From: Odoribacter sp. OttesenSCG-928-L07
Lineage (GTDB): Bacteria; Bacteroidota; Bacteroidia; Bacteroidales; BM520
Direction of reading: 5' to 3'
NCBI GenBank assembly: GCA_030265965.1
Contig: JAJDHA010000001.1
Span: 1-63,393 of the forward strand
DNA: 63,393 nt
The translations under genes were made by a program, and so were the position numbers. This document shows positions 30,330 to 39,473 of this stretch, piece after piece; position 1 is the stretch's first letter, and each line of letters opens with the position of its first letter. Below the pieces are notes generated by a model. It was not told the DNA's origin. It saw only the letters and a list, made by a program, of their open reading frames with translations, and made no database searches.

Positions 30330-31328
30330 TCAATTGTTTTTATTAATCAGATTGACTACTAATTTTACCATCACATCTTTCTCTTCCGAGCGGCTTTCGG
30401 CAATCATCAGGGTTAAAGCTACTAATGTATTGTTTTCAATCAACCTTGTTCCATCGGGCTTGTAAAGGATTCCGTTTTTCTCTAAAAACCAAAGGAACAG
30501 AAAAGCTGCAATCCGCTTATTCCCATCGCTGAAAGAATGATTTTTGGTTACTAAGTACAAGAGCATTGCCGCTTTTTCTTCAATACTTGGATAAAGTTCT
30601 TTACCATCGAATGTTTGATAAATGGTATTGATTGAGCTATGAAACGATCCGTCTTTTTCATTACCAAACAAGGAGCTTCCGCCAAATTTTTTGTGTAATA
30701 TAGAAATCGCCTCTTTTGCATTTTCGTAAGTGGCTCGAAAATCCTCTTTTGTAGTGGTTTGTTCGATACTCAACTGTTTATAGTCATATTTATCCAATGT
30801 ATCTAAAGCATACGTGTAATCACTTATCACTTGCAAGAGACCTGTAGCTTCGTCTGCCGATAGTTCTTTGCTTTGCAAAACATTCGATAGTAGTTTGACG
30901 GTTAGTTTCAGGTCGTTGTATTGTTGCAATTGTATCTTGTTATTAACGGCATAGCCTTTTACAAGATACTCTTTTAAAATACGGTTTGCCCAAATGCGGA
31001 ATTGAATTCCTCTGCTTGACTTTACTCGATAACCAACAGACAAAACCATGTCCAGACTATAAAATTCTATATTTCTTTCAACTTCTCGATCCCCTTCTTT
31101 TTGAACTGTCGCAAAATTTGCGACAGTTGGAATTTCAGCCAACTCTTCCTTTAAAGCATTATTAACATGCTTCCCTATTGTTTTAACATCCCTATCAAAC
31201 AATTCAGCCATCTGCTGACGATTGAGCCATACGGTTTCTTCTTTCAGCCTCACTTCCAACTTTGTAGTCCCATCGGCAGCCTGATAAATAACTATCTGAT
31301 TATCATCAACCATCTTTTCATCTTTCAT
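30330..31328 (-). CDS. RhuM-N + Fic/Doc fusion protein
   Basis: ETVWLNRQQMAELF, YSLDMVLSVGYRVKS..GIQFRIWAN; Doc-type motif HSFSDGNKR. Confidence 0.9.
   Translation of the reverse strand: MKDEKMVDDNQIVIYQAADGTTKLEVRLKEETVWLNRQQMAELFDRDVKTIGKHVNNALKEELAEIPTVANFATVQKEGDREVERNIEFYSLDMVLSVGYRVKSSRGIQFRIWANRILKEYLVKGYAVNNKIQLQQYNDLKLTVKLLSNVLQSKELSADEATGLLQVISDYTYALDTLDKYDYKQLSIEQTTTKEDFRATYENAKEAISILHKKFGGSSLFGNEKDGSFHSSINTIYQTFDGKELYPSIEEKAAMLLYLVTKNHSFSDGNKRIAAFLFLWFLEKNGILYKPDGTRLIENNTLVALTLMIAESRSEEKDVMVKLVVNLINKNN
31104..31128. repeat. Perfect in-frame palindrome in rhuM-fic
   Basis: AACTGTCGCAAA-A-TTTGCGACAGTT, 12-bp perfect arms; encodes TVANFATV. Confidence 0.9.
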
Positions 31329-31343
31329 TGTTTAGCCTCTTTT

Positions 31344-32954
31344 TTATTCAATACCATATCCCAATTCTTTAAACACTTTAATCAATTCCAGTTTCGATTG
31401 TTCTTCGGCTTGCAACAATTCTTTAAACTCGGCTTGTAATGTTTTCATCTTTTCGTCGAAGTCGATATTCTCATCACGATTCTTAAAAGCAATGTATTTG
31501 CTCGGAACTAAGGAAAAATCTTTTGCTTCTACTTCTTCATGCGAAGCTGAATAGCAATATTCAGGGATATTGAAAACTTCACGTTGAGACGCACGGCCGT
31601 GTTGAGACGCACGGCCGTGCGTCTCTATCGTAGCGGTCTGCCAATCGTGATAGGTTGCTGCAACCCGTCTGATATCTTCTATTGAAAATTGAGTAAACTT
31701 CTTCTCAAAGGGTTCGCCCATTTGGCGCAGGTCCATAAACAAGATTTCGCCTTTGCGGTGGCGATAGTTGCGGATTTCATCGCCTACCTGTACGGTTCGT
31801 TGGGTCTTATTTCGGTTCAATATCCAAAGTGTAACGCTAATATCGGTTGTATAAAACATATTTCGAGGCAAAACCAAAATCGCTTCCACCAAATCATTTT
31901 CAATCAGTTTTCGGCGAATTTTATATTCTTCACCTCCACCGCTTAATGCACCATTGGCAAGAATAAAACCTGCTACGCCGTTTTCAGAAAGTTTGCTTGC
32001 CATATTGAGAATCCAGCCGTAATTGGCATTGCTTTTGGGCGGCACATCGTAGCCACGCCAACGCGGATCGTCAATCAGTTCATCTTCGGCTCGCCAGTCT
32101 TTTTGGTTGAATGGCGGATTTGCCATAATGTAATCGGCTTTCAGGTCTTTGTGTTGGTCGTCTGAAAACGTATTGGCGGCTTTCGCTCCCAAATTGGCGG
32201 AAATACCCCGAATGGCAAGATTCATTTTTGCCAGTTTATAGGTGGTATTGGTGTATTCCTGTCCGTAAATGGAAACTTCGCGTTTGTTACCGTGATGACT
32301 TTCGATAAATTTAATGGATTGTACAAACATGCCACCTGAACCGCAAGCAGGATCGTAAATGATACCCTTGTAAGGTTCAATCATTTCGGCAATCAGGTTT
32401 ACAATACTTTTGGGCGTATAAAACTCTCCTTTCCCTTTTCCTTCCGCTAAAGCGAATTTTGAAAGGAAGTATTCATATACACGTCCAACAATATCCTGCT
32501 CTTTATCTTTTAGGGTGTTTATCTCACTGATTTCATCAATCAACGAAGCCAGTTTGGATGATTCCAAACCTAAGCGAGAGAAATAATTATCGGGTAATGC
32601 CCCTTTCAGGCTTTTGTTGTTTTTCTCTATGGTATGGAGAGCAGTGTCGATAATCAGAGCCAAATCGTCTTGTTTGGCTTTTTCTTTGATGTAATTCCAA
32701 CGTGATATTTCTTCGAGAAAAAACACATTGCTCATGTTGTAGAATTCGGGCATCTCTACGTACTTCTCTTTTCCGTCGGCAATGAGCTTAGATCTGTGTT
32801 CCTCGAACTTATCACTGACAAATTTCAGGAATATCAACCCCAACACCACATGTTTGTATTCCGAAGGCTCAACACTTCCACGCAATTTGTTTGCCGACTC
32901 CCACAGACTTACCTCTATTGGTTTTTCTTGTTTTTCATTTGCTTTTTTAGCCAT
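31344..32954 (-). CDS. hsdM: Type I R-M N6-adenine methyltransferase subunit M
   Basis: LWESANKLRG, GEFYTP, YDPACGSGGMF, ANPPFN; promoter TACCTTTG at 33080-33087 (minus). Confidence 0.96.
   Translation of the reverse strand: MAKKANEKQEKPIEVSLWESANKLRGSVEPSEYKHVVLGLIFLKFVSDKFEEHRSKLIADGKEKYVEMPEFYNMSNVFFLEEISRWNYIKEKAKQDDLALIIDTALHTIEKNNKSLKGALPDNYFSRLGLESSKLASLIDEISEINTLKDKEQDIVGRVYEYFLSKFALAEGKGKGEFYTPKSIVNLIAEMIEPYKGIIYDPACGSGGMFVQSIKFIESHHGNKREVSIYGQEYTNTTYKLAKMNLAIRGISANLGAKAANTFSDDQHKDLKADYIMANPPFNQKDWRAEDELIDDPRWRGYDVPPKSNANYGWILNMASKLSENGVAGFILANGALSGGGEEYKIRRKLIENDLVEAILVLPRNMFYTTDISVTLWILNRNKTQRTVQVGDEIRNYRHRKGEILFMDLRQMGEPFEKKFTQFSIEDIRRVAATYHDWQTATIETHGRASQHGRASQREVFNIPEYCYSASHEEVEAKDFSLVPSKYIAFKNRDENIDFDEKMKTLQAEFKELLQAEEQSKLELIKVFKELGYGIE
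31583..31625. repeat. REP-like palindrome with tandem partial duplication inside hsdM
   Basis: Perfect 22-bp palindrome GAGACGCACGGCCGTGCGTCTC (31604-25); 18-nt unit GTTGAGACGCACGGCCGT repeated twice. Confidence 0.85.
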
Positions 32955-33140
32955 TTCTCACATCTATTCTTTATGATCAAAAAAATATACTAATTTACAA
33001 TCTTATAACAATAATATTAAAGTTTCCACGAGAGACTGATATTACTATTGCAAGCTGAATAATGAATTTAATTCGGCACCAAAGGTAAGAAATTTTATTG
33101 AATTTTTAAGCATTGCTCCTATTTTACATTGTGTCAAAAA

Positions 33141-33173
33141 CAATTTTCAACTTTCAACCCTCAATTTTCAATT
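33141..33173. repeat. Tandem heptamer array (right island border)
   Basis: CAATTTT-CAACTTT-CAACCCT-CAATTTT-CAATT; 33149-33164 is the exact reverse complement of 22037-22052. Confidence 0.75.
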
Positions 33174-33203
33174 AAATAAACTATCTTTGCAAAAAATTTT
33201 TCG

Positions 33204-34136
33204 ATGTCAAAAAATGTAAATATTTTTGCGGGTCGTTCTTCCGAGTATCTTGGCAGACAAATAGCTGAAAAGTATGGTACTACTTTAGGCAATGTAATTT
33301 TTGATGTTTTTTCTGATGGCGAATTTAAGCCTTCATTTGAACAAAACATTAGAGGAAATTCTGTGTATATTGTTCAATCTACTTTTCCACCAGCTGATAA
33401 TTTGTTGGAATTGTTAATGCTTGTTGATGCTGCTCGTAGAGCTTCTGCAAAACATATAGTAGCTATCATTCCTTATTTCGGTTATGCTCGTCAAGATAGA
33501 AAAGATCAACCGCGAGTTCCTATTACATCAAAACTTATAGCAAATCTTCTTACAGCTTCTGGGCTTGATCGTTTGGTTACTTTAGATTTACATGCCGATC
33601 AAATTCAAGGTTTTTTTGATATCCCTGTTGACCATTTATATGCGTCTTCTGTTTTTGTTCCGATTATTAAAGATTTAGGGCTTGAAGATATTACATTTGC
33701 TTCGCCTGATGCAGGTGGAACAAAAAGAGCAGCTTCTTATGCAAAAGCTTTCGGTACCGACTTTGTAATGTGTTACAAACAAAGATCTAAACCAAATGAA
33801 ATTGAAAAAATGGCTCTTATCGGAAACGTGAAAAATAGACACGTTTTACTTTTAGACGATATGATTGATACCGGAGGAACTATTACAAAAGCAGCAAAAT
33901 TAATCAAGAGCAAAGGGGCAAAAAGCGTTATGGCTTTTGCAACTCACGCTGTTTTATCCGGAAATGCATATAAGAGTATCGAAAAATCTGTTTTTAACAA
34001 AATATTCTTAACGGATTCAATTCCTTTAAGGGAAAATTCTTCTAAAATAGAAATTGTACCAACTGCGGATTTATTCGCACAGGTCATACATAAAATTGAA
34101 AATTGCGAATCAGTAAGTTCACTGTTCGAATTCTAA
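33204..34136 (+). CDS. prs: Ribose-phosphate pyrophosphokinase
   Basis: FSDGE, PYFGYARQDRKD, DLHADQIQGFF, SPDAGG, DDMIDTGGT; promoter TATCTTTG 33182-33189. Confidence 0.97.
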   Translation: MSKNVNIFAGRSSEYLGRQIAEKYGTTLGNVIFDVFSDGEFKPSFEQNIRGNSVYIVQSTFPPADNLLELLMLVDAARRASAKHIVAIIPYFGYARQDRKDQPRVPITSKLIANLLTASGLDRLVTLDLHADQIQGFFDIPVDHLYASSVFVPIIKDLGLEDITFASPDAGGTKRAASYAKAFGTDFVMCYKQRSKPNEIEKMALIGNVKNRHVLLLDDMIDTGGTITKAAKLIKSKGAKSVMAFATHAVLSGNAYKSIEKSVFNKIFLTDSIPLRENSSKIEIVPTADLFAQVIHKIENCESVSSLFEF

Positions 34137-34165
34137 TAAATATTTATTAATAAAAATTTAAAATT

Positions 34166-34753
34166 ATGAAAAGTATCTCATTGAGCGGTTCTTTAAGAAA
34201 GAACGTAGGGAAAAAAGATTCAAGACAAATTAGAAAAGATGAAATGATTCCTGCTGTTATTTACGGTGGAAATGAACAATATCAAATCATCCTTTCTGAA
34301 AAAGAGTTTGGAAAAGTTATTTTTACACCTGAAACTTACATTGTTAATGTAAATATTGACGGTAAAACTGTACAAACTATTCTTAAGGATATTCAATATC
34401 ATCCTGTAAGTGATAGAGTTCTACACGCTGACCTCTATGAAATTAGCGAAACTAAACCTTTTACTGTTTCTTTACCGATTATTTTAACCGGTACTTCAAA
34501 AGGTGTTTTGCGCGGTGGTAAATTACAACAAAGAATGCGTAAAATTCGCGTTAACGGATTATTACACAACATTCCCGATTGTATCGAAATCGACATTACA
34601 GACCTCGATGCCGGCTCTCCAATAAGAATTGAAGATGTTGATGTTAAGTATGAAAATCTTAAATTCGTCGATTCTAAACGTAATGTCATTGTTGATATTA
34701 AATCTTCTCGTTCTATGACTTCAGACGAAGAAGGTGCAGAAGAAGAAAAATAA
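34166..34753 (+). CDS. rplY: 50S ribosomal protein L25/Ctc
   Basis: GKKDSRQIR..MIPAVIYGG, IQYHPVSDRVLHADLY, GVLRGG; follows prs. Confidence 0.95.
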   Translation: MKSISLSGSLRKNVGKKDSRQIRKDEMIPAVIYGGNEQYQIILSEKEFGKVIFTPETYIVNVNIDGKTVQTILKDIQYHPVSDRVLHADLYEISETKPFTVSLPIILTGTSKGVLRGGKLQQRMRKIRVNGLLHNIPDCIEIDITDLDAGSPIRIEDVDVKYENLKFVDSKRNVIVDIKSSRSMTSDEEGAEEEK

Positions 34754-34775
34754 GATTCTTAATTATATGTATAAT

Positions 34776-34807
34776 AAAAAAGCTGCCCGATTGGAGCAGC
34801 TTTTTTT
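34776..34807 (+). terminator. Rho-independent terminator of prs-rplY
   Basis: AAAAAAGCTGC-loop-GCAGCTTTTTTT. Confidence 0.85.
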
Positions 34808-35069
34808 ATAAAAAAACTTGAAGCTTATATCAAATATGTTTTCTATTGATATGAATTCCTTGCAGGAATTTGAGTTTGTGCTTGCGCGTTGCCAATTGTT
34901 TTTTTTAATAATTTATAATAGCACATCGAAATAAGATTTAGCCCAATTCACCTTTAACATAATGTAGCTGTTTGTATTATTAACATTATTTATGCAAATA
35001 ATTGAAATGAAAACTATAGAGATATTATTGTGAGAATAATACGGACTTAATCTATCATCATATTAATGA

Positions 35070-35657
35070 CTACTGCAAAACCTGATTTATCTGTTCTGTA
35101 ACTGTTGTAATAAACTCTTTATAATCTTTAGGATTATGTCTATTATGATAAAATAATAACATTCCTGCAACACAATAATTCAACTGTTTTTTTAATACTT
35201 CTGCTTGTTCAGCTGAAAACACTTTTTTCTTCACGCAATATGCAAAGTCATCCTTACATAAATCATTAAGAGAATTATATATCAGATCGCAAATCTGTTC
35301 TTTATTTCCTATGTTTCCCATTCGCTCTAAGAAAAATAATTCGTATGCCCCGGGATATTCAAGGAAATATTTAACGTATAAAACAGAAATATCGCGTATC
35401 CTTTCTTTTCCTTGAATAGAATTTTCTACTCGCTCAGAGATAAAATCATTGCATTCTTCTACAAAAACCTTCACACTTTCAAAAATTAATTCATTTAAAT
35501 CTTTGAAATAATTGTATAAACTTGCAAAAGAATAACCGGCATTGTCTGCCACACTTCGTACATTAACGCTTCTTAATCCTTCTGTCTTCAATAAGTTAAC
35601 AGTAGAGTCGATGAAATATTTTTTTACTCTCTGTTCTTGAATTTCTTTTTTGTTCAT
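35070..35657 (-). CDS. TetR/AcrR-family regulator
   Basis: N-terminal HTH VNVRSVADNAGYSFASLYNYFKDLNEL. Confidence 0.9.
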   Translation of the reverse strand: MNKKEIQEQRVKKYFIDSTVNLLKTEGLRSVNVRSVADNAGYSFASLYNYFKDLNELIFESVKVFVEECNDFISERVENSIQGKERIRDISVLYVKYFLEYPGAYELFFLERMGNIGNKEQICDLIYNSLNDLCKDDFAYCVKKKVFSAEQAEVLKKQLNYCVAGMLLFYHNRHNPKDYKEFITTVTEQINQVLQ

Positions 35658-35695
35658 TTTAACCTCGTTTAATTATTTTAATCGTGCAAAGATAA

Positions 35696-35708
35696 TGAAC
35701 ATTGTTCA
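35696..35708. promoter_or_regulatory. Putative TetR autoregulatory operator
   Basis: TGAACA-T-TGTTCA palindrome abutting the minus-strand -7 element (35687-35694). Confidence 0.6.
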
Positions 35709-35861
35709 ATTTTGCAAATATTTTTTTCAACAATAATATTTTGCTATTTTCGCGTTTTAAATATTTAATATGTCTCAAATGAATTAATATTGGTTTTAAT
35801 TCATGTTTCGTCATTAAATAATATTATAAGTATTAACAACATAAATTTGATTTCTAATAAA

Positions 35862-36878
35862 ATGTTTAAAAAATTTCTAACAATAAATATCCTGATTTTT
35901 TATTATTGTTCCACACTTTTTTCGCAAAATTTAATTCAAGATAACAATTTTGAGAATTTTGATGAAAATACAATCACTGCTAATGTAGAAATTCCAATCG
36001 ATTCTATTGTTAAAGTTTCGCCGGAAGATGTTCTTTACGAAAAAATTGCAATTGATACTATCGACAGCAAGGATAAATTTATCAAGATAATTCTTTTCGA
36101 TGATCATACATGGAATTACCTTGATTTGCATAAGCCTCAAATTTCGGAAGATATTTTGACTTATTATTGGGATTCCGAAAAAATACATTCTTATAAGGAA
36201 TTAGACATTAAAACTTTGCCTGATGAAATTCCAATTGCTTTAATCGATTCGTTAAGCGGATTTTGTTCGCCTTTTGTTGCAAAAGTTAGTTCACCATACT
36301 GTTTCAGAGGTAAACGCGAACATAATGGAGTTGATCTTAAAGTACAAATCGGAGATACCATTAGAGCTGCATTTGATGGCAAAGTAAGAATAGCAAAAGC
36401 TTCAAGATATACTGGTGGCTATGGTAATTTAGTTGTAATAAGGCATACAAACGGACTCGAAACATATTACGGACATTTGTCTAAAATAATTGTTGAAGAA
36501 GATGAATATGTTAAAGCTGGTGAAGTAATAGGATTGGGCGGCTCATCTGGGCGAAGTACAGGCTCTCATCTTCATTTTGAAACACGCTATTGTGGGCAAT
36601 CTTTCGATCCTCAAAGAATAATCGACTTTGAAACGGGTTCACTAAAAAGTTTTTCCATAGTTTTGAAAAAACATTATTTCAGCATCTACTCCAATCACAA
36701 GCAAACTGATGAACAATCACTTGCCGCATCTCAACGTATTGTACACACTATTCGATCAGGTGATACGTTAAGTGGATTGGCTTCAAAATACGGAACCACC
36801 ATTGATAAAATTTGCAAATTGAATAATATTTCTAAGTCAACGACTTTAAGAATTGGAAATAAGTTAATTGTAAGATAA
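35862..36878 (+). CDS. M23 peptidase with C-terminal LysM
   Basis: HNGVD, AAFDGKVR, GYGN, YGHLS, GRSTGSHLHFE; LysM HTIRSGDTLSGLA. Confidence 0.92.
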   Translation: MFKKFLTINILIFYYCSTLFSQNLIQDNNFENFDENTITANVEIPIDSIVKVSPEDVLYEKIAIDTIDSKDKFIKIILFDDHTWNYLDLHKPQISEDILTYYWDSEKIHSYKELDIKTLPDEIPIALIDSLSGFCSPFVAKVSSPYCFRGKREHNGVDLKVQIGDTIRAAFDGKVRIAKASRYTGGYGNLVVIRHTNGLETYYGHLSKIIVEEDEYVKAGEVIGLGGSSGRSTGSHLHFETRYCGQSFDPQRIIDFETGSLKSFSIVLKKHYFSIYSNHKQTDEQSLAASQRIVHTIRSGDTLSGLASKYGTTIDKICKLNNISKSTTLRIGNKLIVR

Positions 36879-36983
36879 CCTTAGTTGATATTGAAGAGGG
36901 TAGGAGAAATAAAATATCCCCATAATTAGGGATGCTTCTTTACGTTTTTCTTTAGTACTTTTGCAAATTAGAGTTTTGCAAAA

Positions 36984-39461
36984 ATGGATGAAAAAAAATA
37001 CGTTTCTTTAGCTGATATTTCTACAAAGAGTTCTTGTGTGGTGATTAGTGTTCATGGGCACGGCGGATTTCGTCATCGTGTTATGGAACTTGGCTTTGTA
37101 AAAGGTGTAGAAGTTACAGTAGTAAAAAACGCACCATTACTTGACCCTATTGAATATGAGGTTATGAATACTCATGTATCTTTACGAAGAAGTGAAGCGG
37201 AACGTATCGAAGTTGTCGAATTGCAAGATTCAACAAAAGATGAAGTCAATTACAACGGACTCATTATTGAAGATATTGAAAAGAAAATAAAGGAAAAAAC
37301 AAAAACAATTTCTGTTGCTCTCGTAGGTAATCCTAACAGCGGCAAAACCTCATTCTTCAATCACGCTACAGGATTGCGCGAAAAAGTTGGTAATTATAGC
37401 GGCGTTACAGTTGAGTCGAAAGTTGGAACTTTCTATTGGAATGGCTATACAATTAATATGATTGATTTGCCCGGAACGTATTCTACAACGGAATTTACTC
37501 AAGAAGAGGTTTTTGTTCGAGAATATATTTCAAAAGATCTTCCTGATGTTGTGCTTAATATTGTAAATGCTTCTAACCTGGAAAGAAGCATGTTTCTTAC
37601 CACTCAACTTATTGACATGAATGTCAGAATGGTGATGGCTTTAAACATGTACGACGAACTGGAAAAAAGCGGTGCATCGGTTGACTACGTAAATCTTGGT
37701 AATATGCTCGGATTTCCGATCGTTCCTACTGTCTCAACAAAAGGAAAAGGAATTGATAATGTGTTGAAATGTATTGTTGATGTTTATGAAGATAAAAAAG
37801 GTATTTCAAAGCACATTCATATAAATTTTGGAAACGATATAGAAGAAGCCTTAACCGATATTAAATCTAAATTAGCAATTAATCAAGATGAAGTAAATAT
37901 TTTCCCGCTTAGATTTGTGGCTCTGAAAATCCTTGAAAATGACTCAATTACAAAAACTGAAATTGAAAAATTTGATAACAGTAACGAAATATTAAAAGTT
38001 GCTACAGATTACAGAGAAAAAATTGAAAAATCTTACAAAGAAGATATTGATTCAATTATTACTAATGCAAGATTCGGTTTTATTAGAGGTGCGTTGAAAG
38101 AAACTTTTAAATCGGGTGTTAATCCGAAAAAAAGATTGGCTTATTCATTAGATGTTGTTCTAACCAACAAATGGCTTGGATTTCCTGTCTTGTTCCTATT
38201 CTTATGGATAATGTTCCAAACTACTTTTACTCTTGGAGCTTATCCTCAAGCATGGATAGAATCAGGAATAAATTGGCTCGGCGATTTAGTGTCAAGGAAT
38301 CTTCGCACTGGAATAATTAATGATCTTATTGTTAATGGTATCATTCAAGGTGTTGGCGGTGTTCTCGTTTTCTTGCCTAATATCTTGATTCTCTTCTGGT
38401 TTATTTCTGTCCTGGAAGATAGCGGATACATGTCGCGTGCAGCATTTATTATGGATAAACTTATGCATAGAATAGGTTTACACGGAAAATCTTTTATTCC
38501 TTTTCTTATTGGCTTTGGCTGTTCTGTTCCGGCAATAATGGCAACAAGAACATTGGAAAATAAAAAAGACAGAATTATTACAATGCTTGCAATTCCGTTT
38601 ATGTCGTGTTCGGCAAGACTACCTGTTTATATTCTTTTTGTTTCTGCATTCTTCGCTAAACACAAAGGCTTAGTAATGCTAAGCTTATATCTTATCGGAA
38701 TAATGTTTGGAATATTAACAGCATTAATCTTAAAGAAAACTGTTTTTAAAAACGTATCAGATGAGTTTGTAATAGAACTTCCACCATATAGAGTTCCAAC
38801 TTTAAAAAATTCACTCATTCACATGTGGGATAAAAGCGTCCAATATATAAAAAAGATAGGTTCTGTAATTTTGTTGGCTTCTATTATTATTTGGGCTCTG
38901 CAATATTTTCCACAAGAAAATAAACAAACAAAAATTCTTGCAATGCAAATAGAAATGGTGGAAGATAGTTTGGACGATACTTTTGATAATAAGGAAGAAA
39001 TATTATCAAAACTGGAACTTGAAAAACTTTCTGCTCAACGCGAACATTCATATATCGGGCAAATAGGTCATTTTATTGAGCCTGCTGTACGACCATTGGG
39101 CTTTGATTGGAGAATGGGAGTAAGTATTTTAACCGGTTTTGCTGCAAAAGAAATTATTGTGTCATCATTGGGAATATTATATCAGGCTGAGTCAGAAGCC
39201 GATGAATCTTCAGAAAAATTAATAACAACATTGCAGAATGTTGAATATACCTCCGGACCAAAAGTCGGGGAGAAAGTATTCTCTCCTTTAGTTGCTTATG
39301 CATTTATGCTGTTTGTTCTGCTGTATTTTCCATGTTTTGCAACACTCGTAACAATACGAAAAGAAGCCGGACTGAAATGGGCGGCTTTCTCAATGGTTTA
39401 TACAACATTAATTGCCTGGATAGTATCTTTTACTGTCTATCAGATAGGCATGCTGTTTTAA
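36984..39461 (+). CDS. feoB: Ferrous iron transporter B with fused N-terminal FeoA
   Basis: FeoA (RHRVMELGF, APLLDPIEY, LRRSEA); GNPNSGKT, GNYSGVT, DLPG, NMYD; GFGCSVPA, PFMSCSARLP; promoter 36956-36963. Confidence 0.96.
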   Translation: MDEKKYVSLADISTKSSCVVISVHGHGGFRHRVMELGFVKGVEVTVVKNAPLLDPIEYEVMNTHVSLRRSEAERIEVVELQDSTKDEVNYNGLIIEDIEKKIKEKTKTISVALVGNPNSGKTSFFNHATGLREKVGNYSGVTVESKVGTFYWNGYTINMIDLPGTYSTTEFTQEEVFVREYISKDLPDVVLNIVNASNLERSMFLTTQLIDMNVRMVMALNMYDELEKSGASVDYVNLGNMLGFPIVPTVSTKGKGIDNVLKCIVDVYEDKKGISKHIHINFGNDIEEALTDIKSKLAINQDEVNIFPLRFVALKILENDSITKTEIEKFDNSNEILKVATDYREKIEKSYKEDIDSIITNARFGFIRGALKETFKSGVNPKKRLAYSLDVVLTNKWLGFPVLFLFLWIMFQTTFTLGAYPQAWIESGINWLGDLVSRNLRTGIINDLIVNGIIQGVGGVLVFLPNILILFWFISVLEDSGYMSRAAFIMDKLMHRIGLHGKSFIPFLIGFGCSVPAIMATRTLENKKDRIITMLAIPFMSCSARLPVYILFVSAFFAKHKGLVMLSLYLIGIMFGILTALILKKTVFKNVSDEFVIELPPYRVPTLKNSLIHMWDKSVQYIKKIGSVILLASIIIWALQYFPQENKQTKILAMQIEMVEDSLDDTFDNKEEILSKLELEKLSAQREHSYIGQIGHFIEPAVRPLGFDWRMGVSILTGFAAKEIIVSSLGILYQAESEADESSEKLITTLQNVEYTSGPKVGEKVFSPLVAYAFMLFVLLYFPCFATLVTIRKEAGLKWAAFSMVYTTLIAWIVSFTVYQIGMLF

Positions 39462-39473
39462 TTGATATATTTC

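Larger units (their letters stand above)
22021..33173 (-). mobile_element. Type I R-M defence island between purN and prs (no integrase seen)
   Basis: Co-oriented hsd and passenger genes, hsdM/hsdR visibly GC-richer than flanks, inverted heptamer arrays at both ends. Confidence 0.65.

Noticed and set aside
34810-35069. Possible small ORF or ncRNA between rplY terminator and tetR
   Set aside because: Only broken short frames and no convincing promoter or stem set.
36915-36932. ATCCC-N8-GGGAT upstream of feoB as a metal-regulator box
   Set aside because: Only 5-bp arms and no match to a box I can name confidently.
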